Source: an uncultured bacterium (lineage in GTDB: Bacteria; Verrucomicrobiota; Verrucomicrobiia; Limisphaerales; UBA8199). From it: 64,000 nt of DNA. This document shows, piece by piece, positions 1 to 10,412 of this stretch. The stretch is from assembly GCA_963749495.1 (NCBI GenBank), contig CAVVMW010000008.1, forward strand, positions 32,001 to 96,000. Reading direction: 5' to 3'. Position 1 is the stretch's first letter, and each line of letters opens with the position of its first letter. The position numbers were made by a program, and so were the translations under genes. Below the pieces are notes generated by a model. It made no database searches. It was not told the DNA's origin and saw only the letters and a program-made list of their open reading frames with translations.

Positions 1-397
1 GGATGTGCCCGCTCCCGACTAACGCCGCATACACGAAGGCCAGCACCATCATCCCGCTCTGGGTGAAGAACACCACCGTCCGCTTGGAATGCCGGTCGGC
101 CAGGGACCCGCCCCACACCGAGAGCAGCAGCATGGGCAGCGACCCGACGGCGGCTACGGTGCCCAGCAGCACCTTCGAGCCGGTCAACCGGTACACCAGC
201 CAGCCCTGCGCCGTGTTCTGCATCCAGGTGCCGGTGAGCGATACCAGTTGGCCGACGAAGAACAGCTTGAAATTGCGATGCTTGAGCGCGGCGAAGGTGT
301 CGCGCCACGTGATGCCGCCGACAACAACGCGGCGGGGCTGCCCCGTGACTTCCTGGGGCACGCTGGCAACCTGCGCTGGCTGCTGCGATGATTTCAA
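1..397 (-). CDS. MFS transporter (MFS_3-like), 5' part; runs off the window edge
   Basis: Manual minus-strand translation: TFAALKHRNFKLFFVGQLVSLTGTWMQNTAQGWLVYRLTGS...WGGSLADRHSKR (MFS motif A). The TTG start at 397 is tentative. Confidence 0.85.
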   Translation of the reverse strand, partial: MKSSQQPAQVASVPQEVTGQPRRVVVGGITWRDTFAALKHRNFKLFFVGQLVSLTGTWMQNTAQGWLVYRLTGSKVLLGTVAAVGSLPMLLLSVWGGSLADRHSKRTVVFFTQSGMMVLAFVYAALVGSGHI

Positions 398-839
398 CGG
401 AGCCCCGCTTCCAACTTCGCCCGGCCGTCACGCAGAATGGAAATGGCGGTGCGGGCGATCTCGCGGCGTCCGGCCAGCGGCGCCAGGGGCGGCGCACCCT
501 CTGGTGTCAGCGGCCGCAGCACTAGGCGCCCGGGCTCCAAGATGAGTTGTTGGATCATGTTCCCATCCGGAGTTTATTCCAGGACCCCTGAACTCCGCAA
601 CATCCGGCTCGTCGGTTCACGCGTGAGGAACTGGTTGATTTCGTGAACCGCCTCGCCGCTTGCGCGAATCTCCTGTGCGCCTGCAAAAGGTGCGAGGACG
701 TCTCGCGGACCCTGGAGCGTCTATTTGACCGCAGAGACGCAAAGGACGCAGAGATTGGCTTCGCTTGTCTGCGCCTTCACTGACCGGTCCCGCTCCCGTT
801 TGCATCGGCGCCGGCCTGGGCTACAGTCTGGGATAACCG

Positions 840-1649
840 ATGAAAACCATGAGAACACTGCCCGCCGTAACGATAGCCGCTTTGCTCACAGTCGGGCCGT
901 TGCCGGCCCAGGACTGGGCCAAAGCCCGGCTCGAGAAATCCCCGCGCCATGGCGAATGGGTGAAAGTCAAACACGGCCAACGCGAGGTCAACTGCTTCAT
1001 CACCTATCCCGAAGTCAAGGACAAGGCCGCCGTCGTCGTCGTCATCCACGAAATCTTTGGGCTCACCGACTGGGTCCGGGGCGTCACGGACCAGCTTGCC
1101 GAGGCCGGGTACATTGCCGTCGCGCCGGACCTGCTCTCCGGCGCCGCCCCGGGCGGCGGCGGCACGGCGGAACTCGGGGGCGTCGATGCCGCCCGCCAGG
1201 CCATCTCCTCGCTGCCGCCGGACCAAGTCACCGCCGACCTCAAAGCCGTCGCGGATTACGCCGTCAAGCTGCCCGCCTGCAACGGCAAAGCGGCCGTGGC
1301 CGGGTTCTGCTGGGGTGGCGCCCAGGCCTTCCGCTTCGCCGCCAATGATCCCGGCTTGAAGGCCGCCTTTGTCTTCTACGGCACGCCCCCCGCAACGCCC
1401 GAGGAGTTCGCAAGAATCCGCTGCCCCGTCTATGGCTTTTACGGCGGCAACGATGCCCGGGTCACCCAGACGGTCCCCGGTGCAGCCCAACAAATGAAAG
1501 CGGCGGGCAAAACCTATGAACCGGTCACCTACGAAGGCGCCGGCCACGGCTTCATGCGCGCCGGCGAAGCCCCGGACTCGAACGCCCCCAACAAGCACGC
1601 CCGCGACAAGGCCTGGAAACGCTGGAAAGAATTGCTGCAAAAGATCTGA
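840..1649 (+). CDS. Dienelactone hydrolase family protein, secreted
   Basis: VIHEIFGL, GFCWGG nucleophile motif, GAGHGF; N-terminal signal peptide. Confidence 0.92.
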   Translation: MKTMRTLPAVTIAALLTVGPLPAQDWAKARLEKSPRHGEWVKVKHGQREVNCFITYPEVKDKAAVVVVIHEIFGLTDWVRGVTDQLAEAGYIAVAPDLLSGAAPGGGGTAELGGVDAARQAISSLPPDQVTADLKAVADYAVKLPACNGKAAVAGFCWGGAQAFRFAANDPGLKAAFVFYGTPPATPEEFARIRCPVYGFYGGNDARVTQTVPGAAQQMKAAGKTYEPVTYEGAGHGFMRAGEAPDSNAPNKHARDKAWKRWKELLQKI

Positions 1650-1734
1650 GCGCTGGCCGCGCCTGGAAGGCCCTGGCAGGCGGTGCGATGACCCGGGCTT
1701 GACCGGCGCAGGGTAAGACGGCATGTTACGGTAC

Positions 1735-1998
1735 ATGACGACTACGGTGTCGAGCAAGGGGCAGATCGTTCTGCCCGCCGAGACCCGGCAGCAGGACGGC
1801 GTGAAGGCCGTGCAGAAGTTCGAGGTCCAGCGGATTGATTGCGGCGAATATCGGCCGAAACGAAAACAGCGCCGCAGAAACGAGGGCCTGGTCAAGCTGC
1901 TTTTGGCCTGTCCAGTCAAGGGCTGGTTCAAGCCGCTGGATCGGACGGAAACGACGGACGACATCAAGGGGCCGCCACTCGGACTTTCCATCGCCTGA
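1735..1998 (+). CDS. AbrB/MazE/SpoVT-family antitoxin-like DNA-binding protein (no partner toxin seen)
   Basis: MTTTVSSKGQIVLPAETRQQDG swapped-hairpin signature. Confidence 0.8.
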   Translation: MTTTVSSKGQIVLPAETRQQDGVKAVQKFEVQRIDCGEYRPKRKQRRRNEGLVKLLLACPVKGWFKPLDRTETTDDIKGPPLGLSIA

Positions 1999-2134
1999 TT
2001 CGAAAGGACCTCCGCAGCGGCATCACGTATTACCAAGCAGGACACCGTGCCGATTACTCGATGGGCACCTTGTAATAAAACACCAGACTTTTTTTCAGGC
2101 TGCGGGATTCCTGGGCCAAGGCCGTTGACGAACT

Positions 2135-2272
2135 CGTAGCGCAGGTTTCCAAACCTGCCGTATCGCCGATTTCCAAATCGGCAGGGCGTTAACATATAGA
2201 GCGCCCCCGGTTTGCGGAAGGCCTGCGGGTTTGGAAACCCGCGACACAGCAGACTTGGAAGTCTGCGCTACG
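2135..2272. repeat. REP/REPIN-like palindromic element
   Basis: Terminal inverted arms CGTAGCGCAG...CTGCGCTACG with internal hairpins (GCAGGTTTCCAAACCTGC, GCCGATTTCCAAATCGGC, GCAGACTTGGAAGTCTGC). Confidence 0.8.
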
Positions 2273-2454
2273 CTGGCGCCCCGGACGCACAGGCGCACCG
2301 AGCAACTTTGTCAAGGGTCCTGGATCCTGGTTCAAGGGTCGGCGGACCGGAAGTCCTTGGTTTTACCCCATCGTTGCCTTCACTCATTGCGCACCGCCAC
2401 GTGGTAACGGAAGGTCCCGGCATGACGCCGCGTCCGCCCTGTCTATAAGCTCAG

Positions 2455-3942
2455 ATGCGCTTTGAACCTGCGAAAATGAATCGGAACATGAGTATCCTGG
2501 CGCTGGTGCTTCTGGCCACTGGCGCAGCGTTGGGGGAGGCCCCGAGGGAAACTGTCCTGGACCGAAAGGTGCACGTCGAGGAAGGCGTTCTCCAAGTTCC
2601 CGACGTGGCCCCATTGTGCGACACCCTGGGGCTGGAAAAACGCCGGATTCAGGTTGGCGGCTGCCAACTCTACTGCGAGACCGAGGGCGGTGGGGGCCCG
2701 GCGCTGGTGCTGATCAACGGCGGCCCGGGCGGGACCCATCACTGCTTTCATCCCTATTTCGGGCGGGCCTCTGAGTTCGCCAGGGTGATCTATTACGACC
2801 AGCGGGGCTGCGGGCAGTCTGACTACGCCAAGGGCAGCGGTTACACGATCGCGCAGGCGGTGGAGGACCTGGACAAAGTGCGCCAGGCGCTGGGATTGGA
2901 CCGCTGGGTCCTGCTGGGCTGGTCTTACGGCGGCGCGCTGGCGCAGTGCTATGCCGTCAAGCACGCGGAGCGCGTGGCTGGATTGGTGCTGGTGGGCGCA
3001 TCCCCCGATGCCCTGCGCCTGTCGCTTGCGCCAACCCGGCAGTTCGAGGCCCTTTCCGGGGCAGAGCGGGAGAAGATCCGCAAGCTTTCCGGCAACCGAG
3101 CGCTGACTCTGGCTCAACTTACTTTCAACAACCACCTGAACGGGGATTGGAAGCGGCAGAACTTTTTCAAGCCGACAACCGAGCAACTGGCGCGGATGGC
3201 CCTTTACGAGTGGAAGCACGACCCGGAGTTCCGGAACAGTATCTCGCAGGACCTGCGGCACATTGACTTGCGCGGCCTGTTCGACGGCTGCCCCATACCC
3301 GTCCTGCTGATGGAGGGGGCGCAGGATCTCACCTGGGGCACCGACAAGCCTGGGAAACTGCAGGCGTGCTTTCCGGGCTCGAAGCTGATCCTCTTCGAAC
3401 GCTCCGCCCATGGTCCATTCATGGATGAACCCAACCTGTTCTTTTCCGCGTTGCTGGACTTCCTCAAGGGCCTGGCCAAGCAACCCGCCGACGTCGCGCG
3501 GTGGAAGGCCCAGGTGGCGGCACGGGAGGCCACGCGGGAGAAATCGCCGGAGCACCTCTTGCGGACGCTGGGCTGGGGCCGGAAGTCCTCGGCCCGCATC
3601 GCCGGCGCCTATTCGGAGAGCTGGCTCAAAGAGATTTCGGATCCGGTCATGCTTTTGAGGCTTGGGTTCGCCCTGTACGATGCCAGGCGGAATGCGGAGG
3701 CCTTGGCCGTGTTCGAGCGAATGGAAAAATGCGGCGGAGCGGACGGCGTGGCCTTGGTGTGGCAGGGGCATATCCTTGACCTGCTGGAGAAGCGGCAGGA
3801 GGCCCTGTCGGCATACGCGAAGGCCGCTGCTCTGGATCCAGAGGTTCGGCATGACCAATATGGGATTGTACTCACCAGACAGTACGCGCAAGAGCGAATG
3901 AAGACCCCGTTCGTGCGAGTCGAAAACCATTCGGAGGACTAA
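2455..3942 (+). CDS. Secreted alpha/beta hydrolase (proline iminopeptidase-like) with C-terminal TPR-like region
   Basis: NGGPGG, YDQRGCGQS, GWSYGG, SAHGPF; TPR-like helices at C-terminus. True start may be 2476 or 2488. Confidence 0.85.
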   Translation: MRFEPAKMNRNMSILALVLLATGAALGEAPRETVLDRKVHVEEGVLQVPDVAPLCDTLGLEKRRIQVGGCQLYCETEGGGGPALVLINGGPGGTHHCFHPYFGRASEFARVIYYDQRGCGQSDYAKGSGYTIAQAVEDLDKVRQALGLDRWVLLGWSYGGALAQCYAVKHAERVAGLVLVGASPDALRLSLAPTRQFEALSGAEREKIRKLSGNRALTLAQLTFNNHLNGDWKRQNFFKPTTEQLARMALYEWKHDPEFRNSISQDLRHIDLRGLFDGCPIPVLLMEGAQDLTWGTDKPGKLQACFPGSKLILFERSAHGPFMDEPNLFFSALLDFLKGLAKQPADVARWKAQVAAREATREKSPEHLLRTLGWGRKSSARIAGAYSESWLKEISDPVMLLRLGFALYDARRNAEALAVFERMEKCGGADGVALVWQGHILDLLEKRQEALSAYAKAAALDPEVRHDQYGIVLTRQYAQERMKTPFVRVENHSED

Positions 3943-4084
3943 AAGCGCGGGGGGTGCGATTCCAGCCGGCACGATTCGCGCCCAGGCCAGGCTCTCGGTT
4001 CGGTCTGGCATTGGGCTTGGCCCCTGTCTTGCTTGTCCTATAGTGGGATTCATAGGCCGCGTGACGCCGCCAAACACATTTGAA

Positions 4085-4240
4085 TCCGATTTCGATGGCC
4101 AGAAATGCGGGCTGGCCTCGCCCCACCAGAAAGAGTGGGGCACAAGCCTGATCCAGGCGATGATCCGGTGGATTGACCAGCCCAGCCTGGTGCCCTTTCT
4201 GCCGTGTCTGCCCCCGGCGGAGCGCGCCGCGTTTCTGGAT
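4085..4240 (+). pseudogene. Internally deleted class I SAM-dependent methyltransferase remnant
   Basis: DFDGQKCGLASPHQKEWG (N-terminal-like) joined directly to AMIRWIDQPSLVPFL (C-terminal-like); SAM-binding core absent. Family recognised from memory. Confidence 0.5.
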
Positions 4241-4323
4241 TCTGACATCGGTGACGGCTTCGATGGTTGGGGCGGTGAATTTGAACTCTTGAGGGGAGCG
4301 AGGAAAGGGCATAGAGTGTGGGC

Positions 4324-4548
4324 ATGAAACACGCAGAGCGCATCACTTTCGACCCAGAGCAGTGTGGCGGGCGTCCGTGCGTCCGCCACTATCGGCTGCG
4401 GGTGAAGGACGTGCTGGACATGCTGGCTGCCGGAGTTGGCGAGAAGGAAATCCTCGAGGATTACTCGTTCCTGGAGCCGGAGGACATCCGGGCCTGCCTG
4501 GAGTTCGCGGCGGAGCAAGTGAATTATCCGGTGCTGATGAGCGCCTGA
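4324..4548 (+). CDS. DUF433 family antitoxin-like protein (orphan)
   Basis: RITFDPEQCGGRPCVRHYRLRVKDVLDML...LEPEDIRACLEFAA. Confidence 0.9.
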   Translation: MKHAERITFDPEQCGGRPCVRHYRLRVKDVLDMLAAGVGEKEILEDYSFLEPEDIRACLEFAAEQVNYPVLMSA

Positions 4549-4622
4549 GCCCGTGCGTTTCGTTGAACGCTTCGTCCTTGCTTCTTCGGACGCGATGGAT
4601 CAAACCTCGCTCGGCCTTGATT

Positions 4623-6728
4623 ATGAAACACGCCCTTTTGGCCGCGCTGTTATTGGCCTCGGCTGCTGTTGCCGCTGTGCCTTCCCCCCGGCCCCCGAAT
4701 GGCCAGGTCGCGCAGGCCCTTGAAATCAAACCCACGAGCAAAGAGTTGCAGGCTGAAAAGGCCTGGCTCAGGGAACATGTCCTGGAGTGCAGGCTCAAAC
4801 CACCGCCAGCCGAACCGGCTGTGGCGGCGCCCCAGCCCGCGGAGCCGGGGCTGGATGTTCTTGCGAATAAGGAGCCGATTCATCGGACCAGCGCACTGCC
4901 CTTCTCTTTCCTCTATGGCGGGCAATCCTCCGATGATCTCCTGGCGGCGTGGCCAAAGAAAACTGCCGGAAAGAAACTGGATTCCTCGCGCACCCGGCAC
5001 ACATTCACTTGGACCGATAGCCGCACCGGCTTGGAGGTCCGCTGCGTTGCCGTGGAATACGGCGACTTTCCCGCGGCCGAATGGACAGTCTTCTTCAGGA
5101 ACACGGGCCATGCGGACACACCGATTCTGGAGAACCTCCAGGCGCTGGACGCGAAGTTCGAGGGTGGCGCGCAGGGCGAGTTCATTCTCCGCGGCAACAA
5201 AGGCGACTGGTGCGCGCCCCAGAGCTACGAGCCCTACCAACTCACGCTCGGCCCCAAGTCCGACAACCGCTTTGCGCCCGACGGCGGCCGTCCGACCAAT
5301 GGCCCCAAGGGCTGGCCGTACTTCAACCTCCAGATGCCGGGCGGCGGGCTGATTTTCGCCATCGGCTGGCCGGGGCAATGGGCGTGCTCATTCATCCGGG
5401 ACGAGGAGCGCGGCCTGCGCGTCGTCGCGGGCCAGCAGATGACGCATCTGTTCCTGAAGCCCGGCGAGGAAATCCGCACGCCGCTCATCGCCGCGCTCTT
5501 CTGGAAAGGCACCGACACGGCGCGGGCGCAGAACCTTTGGCGGCGCTGGCTCCTGGCCCACAACGTTCCCCGCCTCAATGGCCGGCCGCCCCAGCCGATG
5601 ATGCAGATGCAGTGCTATCGCACGTTCGAGAAGGGCGGGGAAAAAGACCTCTTCGACACCGTGGAGGAATTCAACCGGTCGGGCATCGCGGTGGAGTTGT
5701 GCTGGCGTGACGCGGGTTGGTATCCGTGCAAGGGCAGTTGGCCGAACACGGGCACTTGGGAACTCGATCCGGAACGCTACCCCAAAGGTTTCCGCCCGTT
5801 CAGCGATTGGCTGCACCAGCAGGGAAAGAAGTTCATCGTCTGGTTTGAGCCGGAGCGGGTGGGGGATCGCGAGAGCTGGCTGGCAAAGAACCACCCCGAC
5901 TGGCTCCTCGGCGGAACGCTCCTGAACCTCGGCCATTCTGACGCCCGGAAATGGCTCGTCGAACACATCGACCGGATGCTGGTCGAGCAGGGCATCGATT
6001 ACTACCGCCAGGATTTCAACATGGACCCGTTGCCGAACTGGCGGGGCAACGACGCGCCGAATCGCCGCGGGATGACGGAGATTAAGCACGTCATGGGCTA
6101 TCTCGCGTTCTGGGACGAACTGCGCCGCCGGCATCCGGGGTTGCTGATCAATTCCTGCGCCTCGGGCGGACGCCGCAACGATCTGGAGACGTTGCGCCGG
6201 GCCGTCCCGCTCCTGCGCAGCGACTTCCAGTTCGGGCACGAAGCCACCATGCCCAACCAAGGCCACACCTACGGCATCTCAAGCTGGATCCCCTACTACG
6301 GCTCCGGGTGTTACTTTACCGACACCTACAGCGCCCGCAGCTACATCATGCCGTGCTCCGGCTACGCCGGGACCAATGCCGCCACCAAGCGCGCCTGCGA
6401 GGAGTGCCGCAGAGTCGCCCCCTTCATGCTCGGCGACTACTACCCGCTGACGCCCTACAGCATCCAACCCGGCGATTGGATCGCCTGGCAATTCAACCGG
6501 CCGGACCTGGCCGGCGGCGTAGTTCAAGCCTTCCGCCGCGACAAGAACGAATCGCCGGCGCGTGTGCTGCGCCTCAGCGGGCTTGCTCCCTCCGCCAGGT
6601 ATGAAATCACCGATCTCGATGGGGCAGCGCCCAAGCGGATGAGCGGCAAAGAACTCATGGAGCAAGGGCTGACGGTGGAAATCAAGACCCAGCCCGGTTC
6701 GGCGGTGATCTTCTACAAGAGAGACTGA
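4623..6728 (+). CDS. Alpha-galactosidase-like glycoside hydrolase (GH36), secreted
   Basis: DAGW, WFEPE, LLNLG, RQDFN (nucleophile), CASGGRRND, RSD (acid/base); signal peptide MKHALLAALL. Confidence 0.88.
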   Translation: MKHALLAALLLASAAVAAVPSPRPPNGQVAQALEIKPTSKELQAEKAWLREHVLECRLKPPPAEPAVAAPQPAEPGLDVLANKEPIHRTSALPFSFLYGGQSSDDLLAAWPKKTAGKKLDSSRTRHTFTWTDSRTGLEVRCVAVEYGDFPAAEWTVFFRNTGHADTPILENLQALDAKFEGGAQGEFILRGNKGDWCAPQSYEPYQLTLGPKSDNRFAPDGGRPTNGPKGWPYFNLQMPGGGLIFAIGWPGQWACSFIRDEERGLRVVAGQQMTHLFLKPGEEIRTPLIAALFWKGTDTARAQNLWRRWLLAHNVPRLNGRPPQPMMQMQCYRTFEKGGEKDLFDTVEEFNRSGIAVELCWRDAGWYPCKGSWPNTGTWELDPERYPKGFRPFSDWLHQQGKKFIVWFEPERVGDRESWLAKNHPDWLLGGTLLNLGHSDARKWLVEHIDRMLVEQGIDYYRQDFNMDPLPNWRGNDAPNRRGMTEIKHVMGYLAFWDELRRRHPGLLINSCASGGRRNDLETLRRAVPLLRSDFQFGHEATMPNQGHTYGISSWIPYYGSGCYFTDTYSARSYIMPCSGYAGTNAATKRACEECRRVAPFMLGDYYPLTPYSIQPGDWIAWQFNRPDLAGGVVQAFRRDKNESPARVLRLSGLAPSARYEITDLDGAAPKRMSGKELMEQGLTVEIKTQPGSAVIFYKRD

Positions 6729-6789
6729 TCGGCAGGGTGGCTTTGAATTGTCGCCGCCAGGACGACAAACAGCCGATCGCAGTGACGGC

Positions 6790-7334
6790 ACCGGTTCCTT
6801 ACCCGCTGCGAAAGAACTGACTGCTCGGGGTTCAGGCTTTCTCTCTGCAGTCTTCTCTGGACATACTCCCGCAAGGCATCCTCATCTTTCACAACCTGCC
6901 GCACCTTAATCACAGGGTGCCCGTGTTGGTATCAATAATAGAAGAACACATCATCTTCTCCCGGCCTCCGTTGGGTCGTCTCCTCGAGCACTTCGTCAAC
7001 CACCTCCACCCGGTTGTTGGCGTGAGTAAACGAAAGTCAATAGCGCAGTTCTGGCGAAGTGCCCGTGAACCCAAGCCGTGCATCCAGCTCTGCCGGGCCT
7101 CGGTGGGACCGCGCCCTTCCACAGCCATTCCGCTGCCGTCCCCCCGAGTCGGATCGGGTCGGAAAAGTCCGTTGGCGTGGCGTGCAACAACTCGATGGCT
7201 TCGATGAAATTCGATTTCCCGGAGCCATTTGGCCCAATCAGCACATTCAGAGGCGTGAGGTGAATCTCCTGGCTGTCTGGCGCGAAAGACAAGAAATTCG
7301 TCAACTTCAGTGTTCTCAAAAATTGTCTGCTCAT
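6790..7334 (-). pseudogene. Truncated AAA/ABC-type ATPase (AAA_21-like)
   Basis: LKLTNFLSF...LNVLIGPNGSGKSN Walker A, then a frameshift, in-frame stops and truncation after ESLNPEQSVLSQR; no Walker B. Confidence 0.75.
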
Positions 7335-7703
7335 TCTGCAGTTCCTCTGTCGCGTGTTGCCACGACCCTGTCATGAATTGCCGGCACCCAATCGCTGTCC
7401 TCCCGCAGCCGCCACACGTCGCGCCCCACGTCCGACCGACGGGAATTTGCTTTTTGTCCCGCTGCCGGTTATTGACCCCGCGCCGGTGAGCGAGAATTGG
7501 TTTTCGGCCGCACTCACCATGGCCGGACGATGCCGGAGGACGACCAGGGGTGTCAAGCTCCAGGTTTTGCCGGTTTTCCCGGTTTTTTGAACGGTTTTCG
7601 CCCTCCCAAGTCAAGCATGGAGAACGGAATAAAATAGACGCGCCGGGCTGTCTCCGGTTAACTGGCGCCGACGGCAGCAACAACAAAGCTGAAGAGATTC
7701 AAT

Positions 7704-10397
7704 ATGCGGAGAAATCTGATCGTGCATCGCGCGGCTATGGCGGGCGTCGCGCGGGGAGTGCTTAAGGTTTTGGCTCTGTTCGCCCTCTGCTGTGGGATGT
7801 CTGCGGGGGCGATGGGGGCAGCGGAGGCCCCCGCGCGCGACGCGGCTTCGCCCGCAACGTTCGAAGGCGAGAAGACGATTTGGCATGGGTACGACCGCTA
7901 CGACTTCCTGATGGACGAGGACACCCTCGCGATCAAGGCGGCTGAAGCGAAAGGGGATGTCCAGGGCCAGCGGCGGTGTATCGTGGTGTGCCCGAAAGCG
8001 GCGGCGCCGGGCAACCCATGGTCGTGGCGGGGCTGTTACTGGGACCACGAGCCGCAGGCGGAAATTGAACTGCTCCGGCGGGGTTTCCACATCGCTTACA
8101 TCACGGCCAACGCCTCACTGAAGCCGGACAAAAAGTGGGACGCCTGGTATGAGTTCCTTACGGACAAGCATGGCCTGTCCGGCAAGCCGGCCTTCATTGG
8201 AATGAGCCGGGGCGGGGAATATGCCTACACGTGGGCCACGGCCCATCCCGACCGGGTTTCCTGCATTTACGCGGACAACCCGGGCGGCAACCGGGAGATG
8301 CTGATGAGGCTTGCAGACCTGGCCAGGAATGACGTGCCCCTCCTTCAGGTCTGCGGCAGCATCGATCCCATCCTCGGAAAGTTCGGGTTGACCATCGAGA
8401 CTCTTTACCAGCAGTTTGGCGGGCGAGTCACCATGATGATCAAGGAAGGGGCCGGCCATCACCCGCACAGCCTGCGCAATCCCAAGCCCATTGCGGATTT
8501 CATCGAGCAAAGCCTCGAGCCGTCCGCCGCCACTGCGCCGGATTTCGTGGGCGCCAGGTTCACGAGGACGTGCTACTACGGTCTGGAGAATTCGTATCGC
8601 GATTACCCGGAGGAAGGAACGCGCGTCACCTGCCGCGGCCCCGGCTTTACCGAGTGCTATGACCGCTACGCCTTTGACCTCGGAGGTGTCGAGGGAACCA
8701 TCGATGTCATTGTGCCCCGGTCAGCCGCCCCCGGGAAGCCGTGGGTGTTCCGGGCGGGGTTTGTCGCTCGGGACGCGGCCGTGGACCTGGCCCTGCTGGC
8801 ACGAGGTTTTCACATCGTCACCGGCCCGGTGCCGTACAACGCCGACGGCCCGCTGCGCGCGCATTGGGATGCCGTCTATAAACACTTCGCCGGCCACGGG
8901 CTTTCCACCAAACCAGTGATGGAAGGCGCCGGCGGAGCGGCCGGCGAGGTCTATGCCTGGGCCATCGAGAACCCGGACAAGGTCTGCTGCGTCTATGCGG
9001 AGAATCCGGTCCTGCGCAGCAAGATGTCCAAGACGCCGCCGCTTGACCAGTTGTCCCCGCTGGCCAGGGCGGGCGTGCCGCTGCTTCACGTCTGCGGCAG
9101 CCTCGATCCCTGGCTCGACACCCAAACGCGCGTGGCGGAGAAGCGCTACAAGGAACTCGGCGCACAGCTCACGATCATCGTCAAGGAGGGCGAGGGACAT
9201 TATCCACTGGCGCCAAAGGACCTGGCGCCGGTGCTGGAGTTCATCACCCAGAGCGCGTGCGGCAGCGCCCAATCGTCCGCCCCCAGGCTTCCGGCTGTCA
9301 GCGCGGCCATGCAGGCGGCCGTCGCGGCCGGCGAGGTTTCCGGCGCCGTTACGGTGGTCGTCACCAAGGACGAGATCCTCCATTGCGAGGCGACAGGCCT
9401 GGCCAACATTGCCAGCAAGGAACCGATGCAACCGGACTCTCTTTTCTGGATAGCCTCGATGACCAAACCCATCACCGGCGTCGCTCTCCTGATGTGCCAG
9501 GATGACGGCAAACTCAACGTCGCGGAGCCGGTCGCGAAATACATCCCCGAGTTTGGCGCCCTCAAAACGCCCTCCGGCCGGCCCGCCAACCTGACCATTG
9601 TCCAGCTCATGACCCACACCTCCGGCCTGGGCGAGGCCGACAGAGAGTCCGCAGCCAAGGCCCGGACGCTGTCCGAGCTCATCCCGCTGTTTCTGGCCGC
9701 CCCCGTGCAATATGAGCCGGGCGCCCAATGGAGATACACTCAATCGGGCATCAACGCTGCCGCCCGCATCGTCGAGATTGTCAGCGGCTTGCCTTTCGAT
9801 GTTTTTGTCCAGCGGCGCATTCTTGATCCCCTCGGCATGAAGGACACGACCTTCTACCCCGCGCGCAAGCCGTCCGCGCATCTGGTCGTCGGCTGCAGGA
9901 AGAACCGGGCCACGGGCGCGCTGGAGGCCACGCCGCTGCCTGCGGGCTTCGGCGATGAGGGCCGCCCGCCGCTGGGCAACGGCGGCCTCTTTTCCACCGG
10001 CCCCGATTACGCGCGCTTCTGCCAGATGCTGCTGGCGGGAGGCGTGTTCGGTGGCAAACGCTATCTTAGCCCGGCGGCGATGACGTTGCTCACGAGCGTC
10101 CAGACCGGCGCGCTGCCAACCGGCTTCTTCCAGGGTCCGGTGTTCGGCGGCCGCGGCGCCAACTACGGTTCGGGGATCGGCACCTGCATTTTGCGCGCGC
10201 CGCACCCGGGCGTCGCCAGCATGCTCTCACCCGGCACCTTCGGCCACGGAGGCGCCTGGGGCACTCAGGCCTGGATCGATCCCGCGCGCGGTGTCGCCTA
10301 TGTCCTCATGGTGCAACGTGCCGATCTCGGCAACAGCGACGCGAGCGAGCTCCGCCGCGCCTTTCAACAAGCCGCTGCCGATGCGCTCGCCAAGTGA
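7704..10397 (+). CDS. Secreted multidomain hydrolase: two alpha/beta-hydrolase-like repeats plus a class C beta-lactamase-like serine hydrolase
   Basis: GMSRGG...GAGHHPH; a second repeat with GAGGAA...GEGHYP; then IASMTK (SxxK), LMTHTSGL, FGHGG. Confidence 0.85.
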   Translation: MRRNLIVHRAAMAGVARGVLKVLALFALCCGMSAGAMGAAEAPARDAASPATFEGEKTIWHGYDRYDFLMDEDTLAIKAAEAKGDVQGQRRCIVVCPKAAAPGNPWSWRGCYWDHEPQAEIELLRRGFHIAYITANASLKPDKKWDAWYEFLTDKHGLSGKPAFIGMSRGGEYAYTWATAHPDRVSCIYADNPGGNREMLMRLADLARNDVPLLQVCGSIDPILGKFGLTIETLYQQFGGRVTMMIKEGAGHHPHSLRNPKPIADFIEQSLEPSAATAPDFVGARFTRTCYYGLENSYRDYPEEGTRVTCRGPGFTECYDRYAFDLGGVEGTIDVIVPRSAAPGKPWVFRAGFVARDAAVDLALLARGFHIVTGPVPYNADGPLRAHWDAVYKHFAGHGLSTKPVMEGAGGAAGEVYAWAIENPDKVCCVYAENPVLRSKMSKTPPLDQLSPLARAGVPLLHVCGSLDPWLDTQTRVAEKRYKELGAQLTIIVKEGEGHYPLAPKDLAPVLEFITQSACGSAQSSAPRLPAVSAAMQAAVAAGEVSGAVTVVVTKDEILHCEATGLANIASKEPMQPDSLFWIASMTKPITGVALLMCQDDGKLNVAEPVAKYIPEFGALKTPSGRPANLTIVQLMTHTSGLGEADRESAAKARTLSELIPLFLAAPVQYEPGAQWRYTQSGINAAARIVEIVSGLPFDVFVQRRILDPLGMKDTTFYPARKPSAHLVVGCRKNRATGALEATPLPAGFGDEGRPPLGNGGLFSTGPDYARFCQMLLAGGVFGGKRYLSPAAMTLLTSVQTGALPTGFFQGPVFGGRGANYGSGIGTCILRAPHPGVASMLSPGTFGHGGAWGTQAWIDPARGVAYVLMVQRADLGNSDASELRRAFQQAAADALAK

Positions 10398-10412
10398 AGG
10401 GCCATCCACGCG

